A DNA stretch of 64,000 nucleotides from Haliotis rubra (taxonomy: Eukaryota), in contig NW_025766956.1 in the NCBI RefSeq assembly GCF_003918875.1, forward strand, positions 310,001 to 374,000. Reading direction: 5' to 3'. Below the pieces are notes generated by a model, which was not told the origin of the DNA, ran no database searches, and worked only from the letters and a program-made list of their open reading frames with translations. Numbering within the stretch: the stretch's first letter is position 1; each line of letters starts with the position of its first letter. Shown here in pieces: positions 14,401 to 25,900 of the stretch. The position numbers and the translations under genes are program-made.

Positions 14401-14440
14401 TACTGCTGCAAATGTTCGTGAGGTAAACCTTGATCACCAT
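495..14440 (-). CDS. SH3BGR: SH3 domain-binding glutamic acid-rich protein (thioredoxin-like fold plus E/K-rich tail); multi-exon, 3' end lies beyond position 1
   Basis: Core exons 14440-14396 (MVIKVYLTNICSSTQ), 11767-11582 (LKKEML...PLPPQIFSDDQYCG) and 10026-9931 (GYDQFYEAVETNNIYAFLKM...), all GT-AG and phase 0. They match the SH3BGR family motifs MVIxVY, PLPPQIF and D.F.EA.E.N..Y.FL. Microexons follow at 8568-8539, 7954-7925, 4910-4881, 4253-4224, 3112-3083, 2578-2543, 2178-2149, 918-889 and 524-495. Confidence 0.92.
889..918 (-). CDS. SH3BGR: SH3BGR tail microexon EEENEEKEEK
   Basis: TAG|30 nt|GTATTT, phase 0. Confidence 0.78.
1245..1732. mobile_element. Tc1/mariner/pogo-type MITE
   Basis: 22-bp imperfect TIRs (CGGCATATTACCGTAGATAAGC / GCTTATCTACGGCAATATACAG, 19/22), preceded by TA, internal ATAAGCCGA repeats; absent from the paralogous copy of the duplication. 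Confidence 0.8.
2149..2178 (-). CDS. SH3BGR: SH3BGR tail microexon GEEVAEKKDE
   Basis: TAG|30 nt|GTACTT, phase 0. Confidence 0.78.
2543..2578 (-). CDS. SH3BGR: SH3BGR tail microexon EEENEEKEEKEK (36 nt)
   Basis: TAG|36 nt|GTATTT; paralogue of 889-918 with an in-frame 6-nt difference. Confidence 0.78.
3083..3112 (-). CDS. SH3BGR: SH3BGR tail microexon EEAEEEKAEK
   Basis: TAG|30 nt|GTATCT, phase 0. Confidence 0.8.
3564..3896. mobile_element. hAT-type MITE
   Basis: TIRs CAGTGTTCGAAATAG / CTATTTCGCACACTG (14/15); perfect 8-bp TSD GTATGAAA at 3556-3563 and 3897-3904; related end fragment at ~50765-50865. Confidence 0.9.
4224..4253 (-). CDS. SH3BGR: SH3BGR tail microexon GDDEEEKKDK
   Basis: TAG|30 nt|GTATTT, phase 0. 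Confidence 0.8.
4881..4910 (-). CDS. SH3BGR: SH3BGR tail microexon GEEEEKEKKE
   Basis: TAG|30 nt|GTATTT, phase 0. Confidence 0.8.
5381..5425. repeat. (CAT)15 microsatellite
   Basis: Perfect trinucleotide run. Confidence 0.97.
7925..7954 (-). CDS. SH3BGR: SH3BGR tail microexon EKEVEGKTEE
   Basis: TAG|30 nt|GTATTT, phase 0. Confidence 0.8.
8539..8568 (-). CDS. SH3BGR: SH3BGR tail microexon DEEEVEKKDE
   Basis: CAG|30 nt|GTATTG, phase 0. Confidence 0.8.
9931..10026 (-). CDS. SH3BGR: SH3BGR exon 3
   Basis: TTTTTTTGCAG acceptor, 96 nt, GYDQFYEAVETNNIYAFLKMADKIEVSQAQIE, donor GTATTT. Confidence 0.92.
11582..11767 (-). CDS. SH3BGR: SH3BGR exon 2
   Basis: TTTTTTCAG acceptor, 186 nt, PLPPQIF motif, donor GTAAGT. 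Confidence 0.95.
14396..14440 (-). CDS. SH3BGR: SH3BGR exon 1 (start codon)
   Basis: ATG at 14440, 15 codons, donor GTAAAT. Confidence 0.9.
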
Positions 14441-14479
14441 CTTGTCAAAAATTTGCAAGTTTACTGGATCGAAGAAGAA

Positions 14480-14800
14480 AGTCAAATGATCAAGGGATAA
14501 TGAGCACCACCCGAAATTCCTCGATGATTCCGATTATGGACAGATTAGAGGCTGTAATCCGAAACTACCCCAAACATCCGAGACTTTCCAGGCTTCTGCT
14601 TCCCGTGACGTCACAGGAAATGAAGCAACGTAGAACGCATGAGATTGAACGCATAAACCCATGACGTCACATCATACCAGCAAAGTTGTTGCCTTGTTGC
14701 TTGGCAGATAAATAACAAAGTGCATACCGGTGTGCACGTTGATAGAAGTTTTCTGTCAACCTACTCTTATCGGATTCATGAAAGATGTACCTTCTTGGTA
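14480..14800. promoter_or_regulatory. Putative bidirectional promoter between SH3BGR and LCA5
   Basis: CpG-richer patch just upstream of the SH3BGR ATG; two full CRE palindromes TGACGTCA (14606-14613, 14662-14669); X-box-like GTTGCTTGGCAGA (14696-14708); plus-strand donor GTAAGG at 14798 that could end a non-coding LCA5 first exon. Confidence 0.55.
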
Positions 14801-15972
14801 AGGCGTGTTTTGGACTAATGGCGACGATCTGAAAGTGGTTTGACAAATGTATGTATGCAGATTTTGTGAACCTCAGTGTTGACTTGCACACAAGCCTACT
14901 GAGACACTTGTCAACAACTGCATTATCACTTTTGCCACCTTCATCTTTAATGTAGTATTTGATAACTATGCTAGTCTGTACATTTTCACTAGCAGATACT
15001 GTGGCATGTATTTGCATTTGGTATGTTGATAGACTCTAACTTGTTAAAAAAATGCATCTTCATTCAGTACATCAATTATTCTCATTTAAAAATAACAGAC
15101 CAAGATGACCCATTAGATCTATAGTAAGAATATTTTTAATACACAACTGTTTACCTCATTGGTGAGTTCATTTTCAACAATTGAGACTTTGTTTATTGGG
15201 GGCTTAACAACCATGTTAACTGTGAAAATCATGTATTAACTGGTCATACCAAGATTCATGCCACAAAGTAAGATCTCCAAACTATTTTTCCTAAAGAACA
15301 ATGTTGAAACAGGTGACCAGTCACGCATATTGCTGTGGGAAATGTCAGTGTGAGGCCTTTGTTGTTAATGTAACATGATAAACAGTATGTTGCCATCAGC
15401 AATGATGACACAAAAGAAGTCTGCAAATCTATATATTGCCTGTCATGCCATCAACATGATCAATGGCTGTACAGTATGTATTTTTCAGTTTATCATTCGC
15501 TGATGATCCTGTTTATTCTTTTTGTAAAAGATTATTAGATAAACTGTATAGCTGTCTGGTCCTTCATTGCCAGTATATTTTATTTGGCTTTTAGACTAGC
15601 TTGTGTGATGTTAATATTAATAAACTGTCCTTGGTGTCTGTACATGGTATAGTGTCTTTGGTTAGGGAGATAAGTTCCGTAAGTTATCATGGTCATGATA
15701 AAAATCTAAGTAGCTTAATTTGTCAGGGTTTTTTTATCAGTGAGACATCTGATAGTGATAAATGAATTGTTGATAAGTATGTCAGTTTTGTTTGAACCTA
15801 GTTATACTTTTGGTATCCTCAGGTTGGTACAAGTCACACAATGATACTTAAATCACAATTTATGATTCTTAATATAGAATGTAACTGGAATCTTAACTTC
15901 ATAACCTTGTCCCAAACAAATCTTCAGGATGTTGAAAATTGTTTATGTTTATATTCTGGACAGTTAACACAA

Positions 15973-16234
15973 TGTCCAAGATATTTTTATGGATTAAACT
16001 TCTTTTAATTTCTCTCAACAAAGGTCCCTTTCATGTGAACTGGATGACTATGATTAAATTGTTTATCACAATGCAAGTGACATCACATACACTTCCTGTA
16101 TAAGTGAGTTTGAAGAGTTAATTATAACTCACCATAGTCCTAACTGCCAGTTCACCTGATGAAGGGACCTGGAATGGTCTCAAGCGTCGTGAAGAAATTA
16201 AAAAGAAGTTTAATCCATAAAAATATCTTGGACA
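15973..16234. mobile_element. Penelope pLTR-derived remnant: two inverted partial pLTRs, degenerate hammerhead at 16152-16192
   Basis: ~41-bp inverted ends (15973-16013 vs 16193-16234); flanking direct repeat ACAGTTAACACAATGTC at 15960-15976 and 16234-16250; same family as 42419-42615. Confidence 0.75.
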
Positions 16235-19138
16235 CAGTTAACACAATGTCTACAAATAGTGGCTATATTTTTAATATGGCAATGTGCAGAGTGATGTTTT
16301 TTACCAGGAAATTATATTTAATGGTGAAGAAAAATAAGTTTTTTTTATGTTATTTAGTACACCATCAGCTTCCTCTGTCATCGCAATTAGAGTAAAGCTT
16401 TCATTCTATTTCTGTCTTCAAGTTTTCTGATTTCAAAGTCTTACTTAGGGATAGGACATGATGTTTGTTGTTCTGCACATATGAACAAATACTCTGATAA
16501 AGATTTTATCCATCTTTGACACTTATTTCTCTTCCAACTAAAGATATAAAGTTTGACTTTACACCATCTTGTATGGTGAGATGTGGTGATGTCTGCTGTT
16601 GTAGAAAAGTCTCAGGGAATGAAGAATGCTTTCCTCAATAGATGTGCTTTCCTTTTTGTTCAGCCAATCTCCATGCATTAGTAACCCAGTTGACTTCACA
16701 ATGGGGCTTGACAGATCCTTTCTCAGTAGTTTATGTGGTTATTTGTAAAGTTACCTGGACAGCCTGGGGCACCCTGGTATTATGTCATATTGAGTATCAG
16801 CAGTAGGGCCATTGTCAACTCAAGGTACAAAGATATGGAAGCGTCTGAATGGGGTACAAATTCGCTTGGTACTTTTCCTGTTGTAGGGAAATAACAATTA
16901 ATACATTTAGCTTAAAACAAACATTTTTCTTTGCTACACTGACACTTAAAACATTGATAGTTGCCTTTAAGATATTGATACACTGTTGCCTTTAAAATAT
17001 TGATACACAGTTCCCTTTCAAAACTGATACCCAACTGGCAGTTATCTTTGAAATATCTGTACATTGGTGCCTTAAGATACTTAAAGACATCCTGTTGTAT
17101 TTACATACTAGTGGCAACAGAAAATGGCCTCAAACAAGTTATAGGTAAATTGCTACCTCAAAAAATGTATTTAGGTTTTGAAGAGGCCAGTTTTATTCTA
17201 TTCTTTGCATGTCAGAAAATTGACAATGCGAGCAGTTCCACTGTTAATGTATGTTGACGGAGATTGTTGATGTCTTTGCTAGATGTTTGACCTATAGTAT
17301 TCAATAGACTGGGTTTATCTAGGGTTATTCTTAATTAACTCTGGACAATGAACAACACAGAACCTTATCTTCAACCTGAAATGGTATTGATGCGCGTGCT
17401 CGTATGTACTGCTCAGTGAAACATGAATTTCACTTCACACCGAATGGGTTAATCATGTGTTGTGTCAATACAGCTCAAGTTACATGCTGTCGAACAAGAC
17501 AGATATCTCTAAGTATATAAGTATATGTTGTGTGGTATCTTTACCCTGTTTATACCTATATAGAGACCAGAACAGTGATATGGCTCTACAGTTAAGGAAA
17601 TGTTACAATCACTTTTCAGGTAAAATGTGCTGATGCAGTGCATGTTTAAGATGTTTATGTAGTTTCATAAGTGTTTTTGTATTTTTTGTCATTCTACTTT
17701 ATCTGATGGTTTACAAATGAAAATAGGTGCTCTGGGATTGTCTAGGGGTTAAAGTCTTCGCTCATCATGAAGGCTTGAGCTCGATTCACCACCTATATAC
17801 ATGATATAGCTGAAATATTGCTAAATGTGTTTAAAATCCAAATAACTCTCTCACAAATGGTACTTTATAGTTTGAAGTCCATTAATCAGAATTTTGGGAT
17901 GATTTTGTTGTAATGATGTGTCAACAACAGACAGGTAGAAGGGACTAGGGGTAGTGGGGTTGAAATAAGCTTTTGTTAGCTAAATAAGACTTGTGCATCA
18001 CTCAAATTAGCAGTTTGTGATGTGTTTTCGTAACATGAATGAAGTATTGAATGTTTCATGATGTATGATTGCAACTAAAAAAGTATGTCAGTTTACAGCC
18101 ATACTTCTCTGCATCAAAGCCATCTTTGATTGTTGCTACTCTTCGCTGTTTCTGCCTGATGTAATGATAACATTTTATAGAATCATAAGTTTGAAATTTG
18201 ACTGGGTATGTAATTTCACTTTGATTTGTTAATTAATTTAATTGTTTCTTTGGCATTTCTTGGAAGTCGTTGGATGATAAAGTTGCTTCTTTAAAATATT
18301 ATACCTATGTTTCCATATGGATCTTAATTCTTTTGAGAAGTAGGTATTTTTACATTGTTGTGCTTGACAACAGATTTAGATCTGTGCTGAAATGTCACTG
18401 TAATAGTTGATCAAAGAAGTTGTTATCCATAACATGCATAAAACTGTATCTTCCTTGCTATGAAATAATATGCAGCCATAAGAGACAAAAGTATGTATAG
18501 CTTTATTCCATGTGTTTAAACAGTTGATAGTTAGATATCATCAAGTGGCATTGGGTTACACATCTGGAAGTATGTGCACTGTAATGACACAATGTGCCTC
18601 AATCAGATCTGATCACACATTGTCTTACAGTCACACATGGCTGCCACTTGTAAAGGGAGGATCTATGTGTATGTAGTCATAGATGCTATCTTGTTCAGGT
18701 TACAGTCAAACATAATCTGGCTTTGTTAGTGTGTTCTTCTACAGGCAGTGTAGAATATCATTGTCTGCTAACCCAAAACTTGCTACTGTGGTCAGTGAGC
18801 TTGGGTTGGACCAGCAGCCCCACAAGCTAATATTTCATTGTTTGAAATTCAATTGAGGTCCTGGAGCATTTGACATTTTTCTGCTATAGCTCTTCATTCT
18901 GTGAATGTACCAAGACTTGATTGCATTGGTGTCATGATCTTCATTTTTAATTCCAAATGTTGTGTAATTGTTGGGAAGAGACGAGATCTCTTCACTGAAA
19001 ATCACTGAAACTGTTTTAACAATTCCAGTTAATACTCTTTTTTTGAGTGGTCCAAACTAAATTCCTTGACAATGGTGAATTATAGTTGTATGTTCTGGAT
19101 GTTATAAAGTAAAATCAAGTCTTTGCAAGATTGTATGA

Positions 19139-19316
19139 GTGAGTGAGTATGTGAGTGCTTGAGTTTAGTTTTACGCCGCTTTTAGCAATATTCCAGCAAT
19201 ATCACGACAGGGAACACCAGAAATGGGCTTCACACTTTGTAGTATTGTACCCATGTGGGAAATCAACCCAGGTCTTCAACGTGACAAGTGGACCCTTTAA
19301 CCAATCGGCTACCCCT
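19139..19316 (-). mobile_element. tRNA-derived SINE (family A)
   Basis: A/B-box-like head on the minus strand, (ACTC)n tail, 11-bp TSD AGATTGTATGA at 19128-19138 and 19317-19327; other copies at ~57241-57392 and ~24245-24396, degenerate ones near 250-375, 1905-2035 and 17730-17850. Confidence 0.88.
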
Positions 19317-19930
19317 AGATTGTATGACAAAACACATCTGACGCATAAATATAATACACAAGCATGAATCCATTTTCATTTTGTTGTTTCTTTACAAATT
19401 TCATCCATTAACCAATTCCAAGCCCCTAACTGACCAAAACCGTAAGTTAATTTAACTTAAATTCAGGAACTTGGCTCTCAAGTAGAGTGTAACAATACAG
19501 CAAAACAGTGTTTCATAGGTTAATGTTTGTAGTTTCCCGACAGTATCACATCTTTGCCGTCTGAAGTTTGTAATTCACCTGTGAAAAGGGAGAGAATATG
19601 AACTTATGAAATAGAAATACTGTATTGGAATACACATTGTATCGTTACACTCTTGTGCTCAGGCTTGTTGTTCACAGTAGGAATCACTGGATTGTCTGGA
19701 TCATGCTTGATTATTTACAGGTCACCGACATTTTGCTGTAGTGTAGCATTAAACAGCAAACAAGCAAACATTTTATTTAGTCTGTAAAGCATTATTTTTT
19801 CCATTTTTTTTTCCTTGCAGTGCAAGTCTGATAGTGGTTGTGTGGCATCACACTCAGCTTGAAATAGTGGCCAGCCAATGGGAGACAGGTGACAGTAAAG
19901 GGAGGCAACCAGGCAACACCAGCACCAGCT

Positions 19931-22900
19931 ATGTCGAAGGACGACTACGATGATTACAGCGATGACTTCATCAGTGATGATGAGGACTTTAAGAGCAAGT
20001 CCAGGAACCAAGGGAAACAAGGTGGTAAGTAGCTTCACATCATGAGCATGTGTGGTCCTTGACTTTCACCTGAATAGGTACTGGCTTTAGTATGTAAGAC
20101 CACTCCTGTGTTACAGTGTGAGAAGATTAATAGTAATTGAATACAAGGGATAGGTGCATGACTGGTTACATGGAGATGAGCAAGGTAATGCTCCCTATGG
20201 GTAGGGGAGTTAGAGGTTTTTGATGCACTAACATACTGAAAATTATGTACGACCCTTCCCTAATGCTCGTCATAAACTTTCACTCACATGACCTCGCATT
20301 CTTTTGTGATTTAAGACTGGTAAATGTTGCACTTGGCTTTAGATGACACTTACCTGGTACTTGTCTTAAATCACAAGCTGAAAGACCTAGAACATGAACA
20401 GAGTAGCAATAAATCCATTCCAGCATGACTGGACACATGTTTGAAATCGGAACACTTTTATGCGTAAGGGCACAGAGGTGTGATAGGGCGTTATTTTCTA
20501 GGAATTAGAGTTTAATTGTCAAACCTAAGAACGGATTGTGCAATGAATAAAACAAGTTTGCAGTATTTCAGTAACTTTATTTTGGATACTGAAATGTTTT
20601 TTCTTTCTTATAAATGGAAACAGTGATGTTAGTTACATAGACTACAAACTCGAAACCATTTTTATACCATTAAATGCAATCGAAAAACCACCCCACCCCT
20701 ACAGCATATTACTGATTGACTCGCCCATGACCTAAGGTATCTGTTGACTGTCAACCCGAGTAACTGAACTTGCTAACTTCTACTTACGGAAGGAATTATT
20801 GATCACCACACTGCTGTTTCCAGTTTGGCATTGAGTAGACAAGATCGTTTTAATCTGGGACACATTTTCTGTAGATGGGTTGGGGGTTTACATGTAAAGA
20901 TTTGTCACTTACTGCCTCGAAACCTTTGAAGGGTATTGTGTATTTTGATAGCCCACAAAAATATTAATAATAGTGCTGTAACGATGCATCGAACTGTCGA
21001 TGGAATGCAATTGTTGAGTCTCCGATAGCAATTAATCGATGGTAGAAATGAAAAACTATCGATGCATTGATAATATGTGTGACTATCGATAGTTTAGTAA
21101 TTGACTAACGTTGATAAATGTGCAGTGCAAAATATAGGAAGTACCAAATTCGTTCCCTTTGATTTAGAGTTACCCGGCCCTGTTACCTCTTAAACAAACA
21201 TGACTGTTTACTCGATCTGGGTTTCAAGTTTCTTGTCAGTTATTGTTTGCAATAGTATGTTGCAATAGACAATCACTATCGCAATAGTTGTTTCCCCCTC
21301 AAAAGTCACCCCTAATTATTAATGTAATGTTTTTATTCAATGTTTTTTATACAAAAAATATTTAATTTGAAACATAATTTTTGTCATATTTTTGTAATTT
21401 GTTTAGAGTAGCAACCATGTGCAGTACAGCTGTTGTCTAGTCTAGAACCAGGCATTAACTTAGTGACATTGAATTTTGTTTTTTTATGCCAATATTTGTA
21501 AATGTATTATCTTAGTGGTCATTGAACCATTCTGAATTTACATCAAATTCGTCTCCAAACACCTTGTAGAAAATACTGAGATGAAAATCACTGATGTCCG
21601 ATCCTGACGACAACTAAGGGTCAGCAAGTGTTATGTATTCATATGCAGGTGCAGTAGACCATGTAATTTGCAGTCCTTTGATTTAGATTTAAGATTGATT
21701 GTGGTCAATAACCAACCAATCGAGTATCCCTCAAAATCATGCTAGAAAAAGGGTTAAGGTTACCAATAATTGCACAGTGGCTCCTAGAGTTTGTCAAAAC
21801 TGAATAACACACAGAAATAACATGTCATATTCCTGTATTCTTGATGCTTTCAATTTTTTTCATGACTCAAAAAAACATTCATTGCATCTTTAGAACAATG
21901 TATTTACATAGGTGCATTTTTTGGGCAATATTAATGTTGGGTTTCCAGTTTTTTTATGATTATGCTCCTAATGGTTTATCAACAGGTTAATTCTCGGAAC
22001 TGAAAGAATCTTTCATATTGAATGAATTGCTAGTCTCTAGGCTTCTTTCATTCACAAGAGATGGATAACTTGTAAGTCCTCATCCCTTGAAGTTGACTTT
22101 TCTATAAGTCAGGCATCATTACTGTTAGAAGGAGAGCTGAGGCCCCTGTTTGCCAGCTGTGTGTACCTCCTGCAGCCTGGGCCAGAACTGTACACCCCAG
22201 GTGCAGTCATTATCAGACTAGAGTGAATGGGTTGTCATGATCACTATCAGTTAACGGTTCTATAAATGTTTCAAGTAGCATTCCAGTGATTAATGAAAGC
22301 TTGAAAATCTACAGTACCAGGGGAATGAAAGTCTTGCCTTTAAGATTACACAATTTTGATTGAAGTTTGCTAATGAGTAATGATGCTGAAGGTCATCTAT
22401 TTACCTGTGATAACTGTACTCATTAACTGAAGTCTGTGCCGCCATACAGGGTTCAAGATGTCAGGATCTGGCTCAGCCAGTCACTCTTCTCTAAAACTAT
22501 CGGATTTAAGGAGAGACTCTGATACATTCTGGACGTCTGGTCGTGGCTTGACTCATGACCTGATCCCCATGCAGGTCATCTCGACCCCTGCACCAGAAAC
22601 CCCCATACCGTCTGACCATGACAGTCAGGCCAGTTCACTGGATGATCATCCCAAATCCAAAGCTCTGGTTCCATCAGTTCGTCAAAGTTCTTCAAGAGCT
22701 CAGTCTGCTTGTCATTCCACACATCTGCAGAGTGCTCATACTCGTAGAGTAAGTTTGTCACGGCGTGACCCATACCCGCACCCCAGCATCCCACCTGATG
22801 GCTGAGCTGACTGAGGAGACTGTGTCTGGGGGGGAGAGGGAGACACATGCTGTCTCCAAGGCAGTGAAGAAAGCACCTGCCCCTGCCAGAACAGGATGGA

Positions 22901-25900
22901 ACAGAGTGATGGGCAGACCTCGCCTTAGGCAGTGTAATTAGAGTTTGACATCCATGTGTGCTTACCTTGGTGCACATTTCACATCGGGACCAATGTGCAC
23001 TCACTGTTTGCAGTGTCAATGATAACCAAGAATATTACTCATAAGGGTAGAAAGATCTTGTGTGATAACTGCACAATATTTTACATTTCTCAATGCTGAT
23101 TGGTCAAGTGAGGCTGACTGGTCAAGTAATATGATGCTCATAATAGTATTTTATGATGTCATCCATTTTTATAAATTGATAACATTACGAAATCTGAACA
23201 GTAGTTTGACTTATGTTAGGTTTCTTTTAGGATTTTGACTACATTTAGTTTTGTTTCTTTCTGATTAGAACCGTGAAGATCCCAGTATAGAATTGGTCTT
23301 CAGTAACCCGTGCTTGTCGTAAGAGGCGACTAACGGGATCAGGTGGTCAAGCTCAGTTGACAAATGTCATTGTATCCCAACTGAGAAGGATGATGCTGAG
23401 GCTGGATTGTCTGGTCCAGATTCAGTTATTTACAGACCGCCTCCACATAGCTGGAATACTGCTGTCAGTGCGGGCCGTTAAACAACAAGCAAACAAACAA
23501 ATCTTTCTGATTGATGTATGGAATAGCCTTCATTCCTCTCCTTAACACATTATCTGTAATTGCTCACAGCTAATTAGTTATTTTGAAAATGCTATGCAGG
23601 AAAGTTGACCGATTGAGTCTGCTGACAGCATATTGAGACATCCAAGTTGTGTGCCACCTTCACTGCAGGCTTACTATGTGTGAAGATTTCATAAATGCAC
23701 AGCACTCCAGATGCATGATTTGACCAATGAGAAGTTATGTGTTATCCTCGGAAATTTGGCAAATAGATGCTGTTTGTGCAAGGAAATCAGCATAAGTTTC
23801 CCATCACTCACTCACATATTATAATGGATCTGATTTCTTCATGCCACTGACTTGTAGTTTCTTTTTTGTAATTATACTGGTATATTGTCAATCCTATGGT
23901 TGTTTAACTGTTAATGGAAGTTGCAAATGACTTTAAGCCATGACAGTGAAAATGACAATTGTTACATTGAGAGTTATGAGCAACTGGACTAGTCCATGTT
24001 TAAAACTCATGTTGAATAGAAAAGGAAAACACCGAAGAGTCTAGATGATATCAGTGAGGCCAGCCGATGGAGCAGCTTTTCAGTTTGAAGGTCCATTCTA
24101 CTTTGGGTAGATGAGTAAAGTCATGATGACTGAACCTGTCAGGCTGTCTGTATAACTCATATTGGTTGTTCACACTGCTTTAGTAGTACCAATAGTGAAA
24201 GATGCAGCATGGGTTGACGGATAACATTCAGACATTCATAGGTGTAGGGTAGCCTAGTGGTTAAATTGTTCACTCTTCACCCTAAGACCTGGGTTTGATT
24301 CTTCAAGTGGGAACTATGTGTAGAGCCCATTTTGGTGTCTTCTACTGTGATAATGCTGGAATATTCCTAAACGTGCATGCTGACATTCACTCATTCCACA
24401 TGTTAAGACAGTTATCATTTCTCTCCTAAGACAAAATGTTACATTTGTGCATACAAAGAGAAGTTTTATCTGACTGATATTACTTTTATGTTAGACGAAA
24501 ACGTTGTGTGAGCGACATTTACAGCTAACATAGAGTTGTCTGGATGTAAAAGTAATGTCAGCTGTTGGCAATATTATTGTTATATAATGGTTAATATTTG
24601 GTACATTTCATTTGTATGTTATGGCTATTGAATCTCTGCTGATTATTGGTAATATTAAAGCTAATTAGTGTTCATTAAGCTGTTTTTGAACCTATATTTA
24701 AGTGCTTACTTCCTTGGGTTTTGTTAAGCTATGAAACCAGTTAATCCTTCTATTAATAATTTGTATCCTTCATGACATAAGAAATTGTTACTAAGACAAA
24801 TATCTGTTATGAAAAATGAAGTATGGAGATGCATATTTCTAATGAAATGTTTCATTTTAGCTGTATATGGAAAGAAAAAGGCCAACCCGAAATCAAGAGG
24901 CCATGGCAGAGGTCGTGGAGGAGGACCACCACAGAAGCAGTCGCCTAGAGTGGATTATGTTGCTCAACGCATGCTTTCTGCAGGTCGCATCAAGATTAAT
25001 GAGCTCCGAAACCAAGTGGAGGACCAGAACACAGTGATCCGAGAATTGCGTGAAGAAAACAAGTTGTTGAAGAAGACACAGCACCGTCATGAGAAGGCTT
25101 TGACGAAGTACGAAGATCAGGAGGGCGACCTTCCAAAGCTCATACTCCAGCACAACAATGAGACAAGGACACTCAAGGATCAGCTTAGAACCATGAAGGA
25201 AAAGTATGAGAAAACTGATCGCTACCTCCGAGATGCAGAGGATGATCTTGACAGAGCCAATGTCAAGTTGAAGAAGTACAAGAGTTATGCAGAGAACAAG
25301 GGGCTACCAGAACGAGATGAACTCAACCGCAAGTTGTCCAAGGCAGAGTTGGACCTTGAGGAGAAGGACAGAAAGATCAAGGTCAGTGGCAGGTTGAAGG
25401 TCCCCTAAAGGGACTGGTTGCTTTCACTCCCAGAAGAACTGCCATTGTATCAGTCACTGAAAAAACCATGACATGGGTTCAGAGTTAAAGGGAATCTGGA
25501 ATCCTTGAATATTTTTGTCTATAGTATTGGAAACAAGGAACTCTTTAATTCTTCAATTTTCATCATGAGGGATATAAAAAAGACCTGTTTGACTTACATT
25601 CTTGAATTTGAACTCTGATATCTCTTTATACACTCACTAGGCTGACTGGAAGTTGAAATGAAATATCTCCTGATAGCTTCACCCTTTGTTTTTTTCAATT
25701 CTGGTACTGTAAAACCTCTTGATTCAGTGCTCTTTTGTATTAGTGTCAGTCAGTGGTTACTATCTATGATGTGTGTTTTATTATCTCCTTCAGGAACTGC
25801 AGCGACATGTTGAACACCTGAGCAAGAACCACCGCCATGAACTAGGGGTGGAGATAGCCCGACACCGTGAGACCAAGAGACAACTTGACCAGTACCAGGG

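Noticed and set aside
14667-15017. 116-aa minus-strand ORF upstream of SH3BGR
   Set aside because: Non-ATG start, no recognisable domain, overlaps the presumed promoter
19878-19892. Four-codon uORF (ATG GGA GAC AGG TGA) before the LCA5 ATG
   Set aside because: Short uORFs arise often by chance and there is no conservation evidence here
23271-23340. HDV-like or twister ribozyme assignment for the family B head
   Set aside because: CUAA before a closing helix recalls HDV J4/2, but the P3/L3/P1.1 geometry is absent and twister pseudoknot pairings could not be completed; left unassigned
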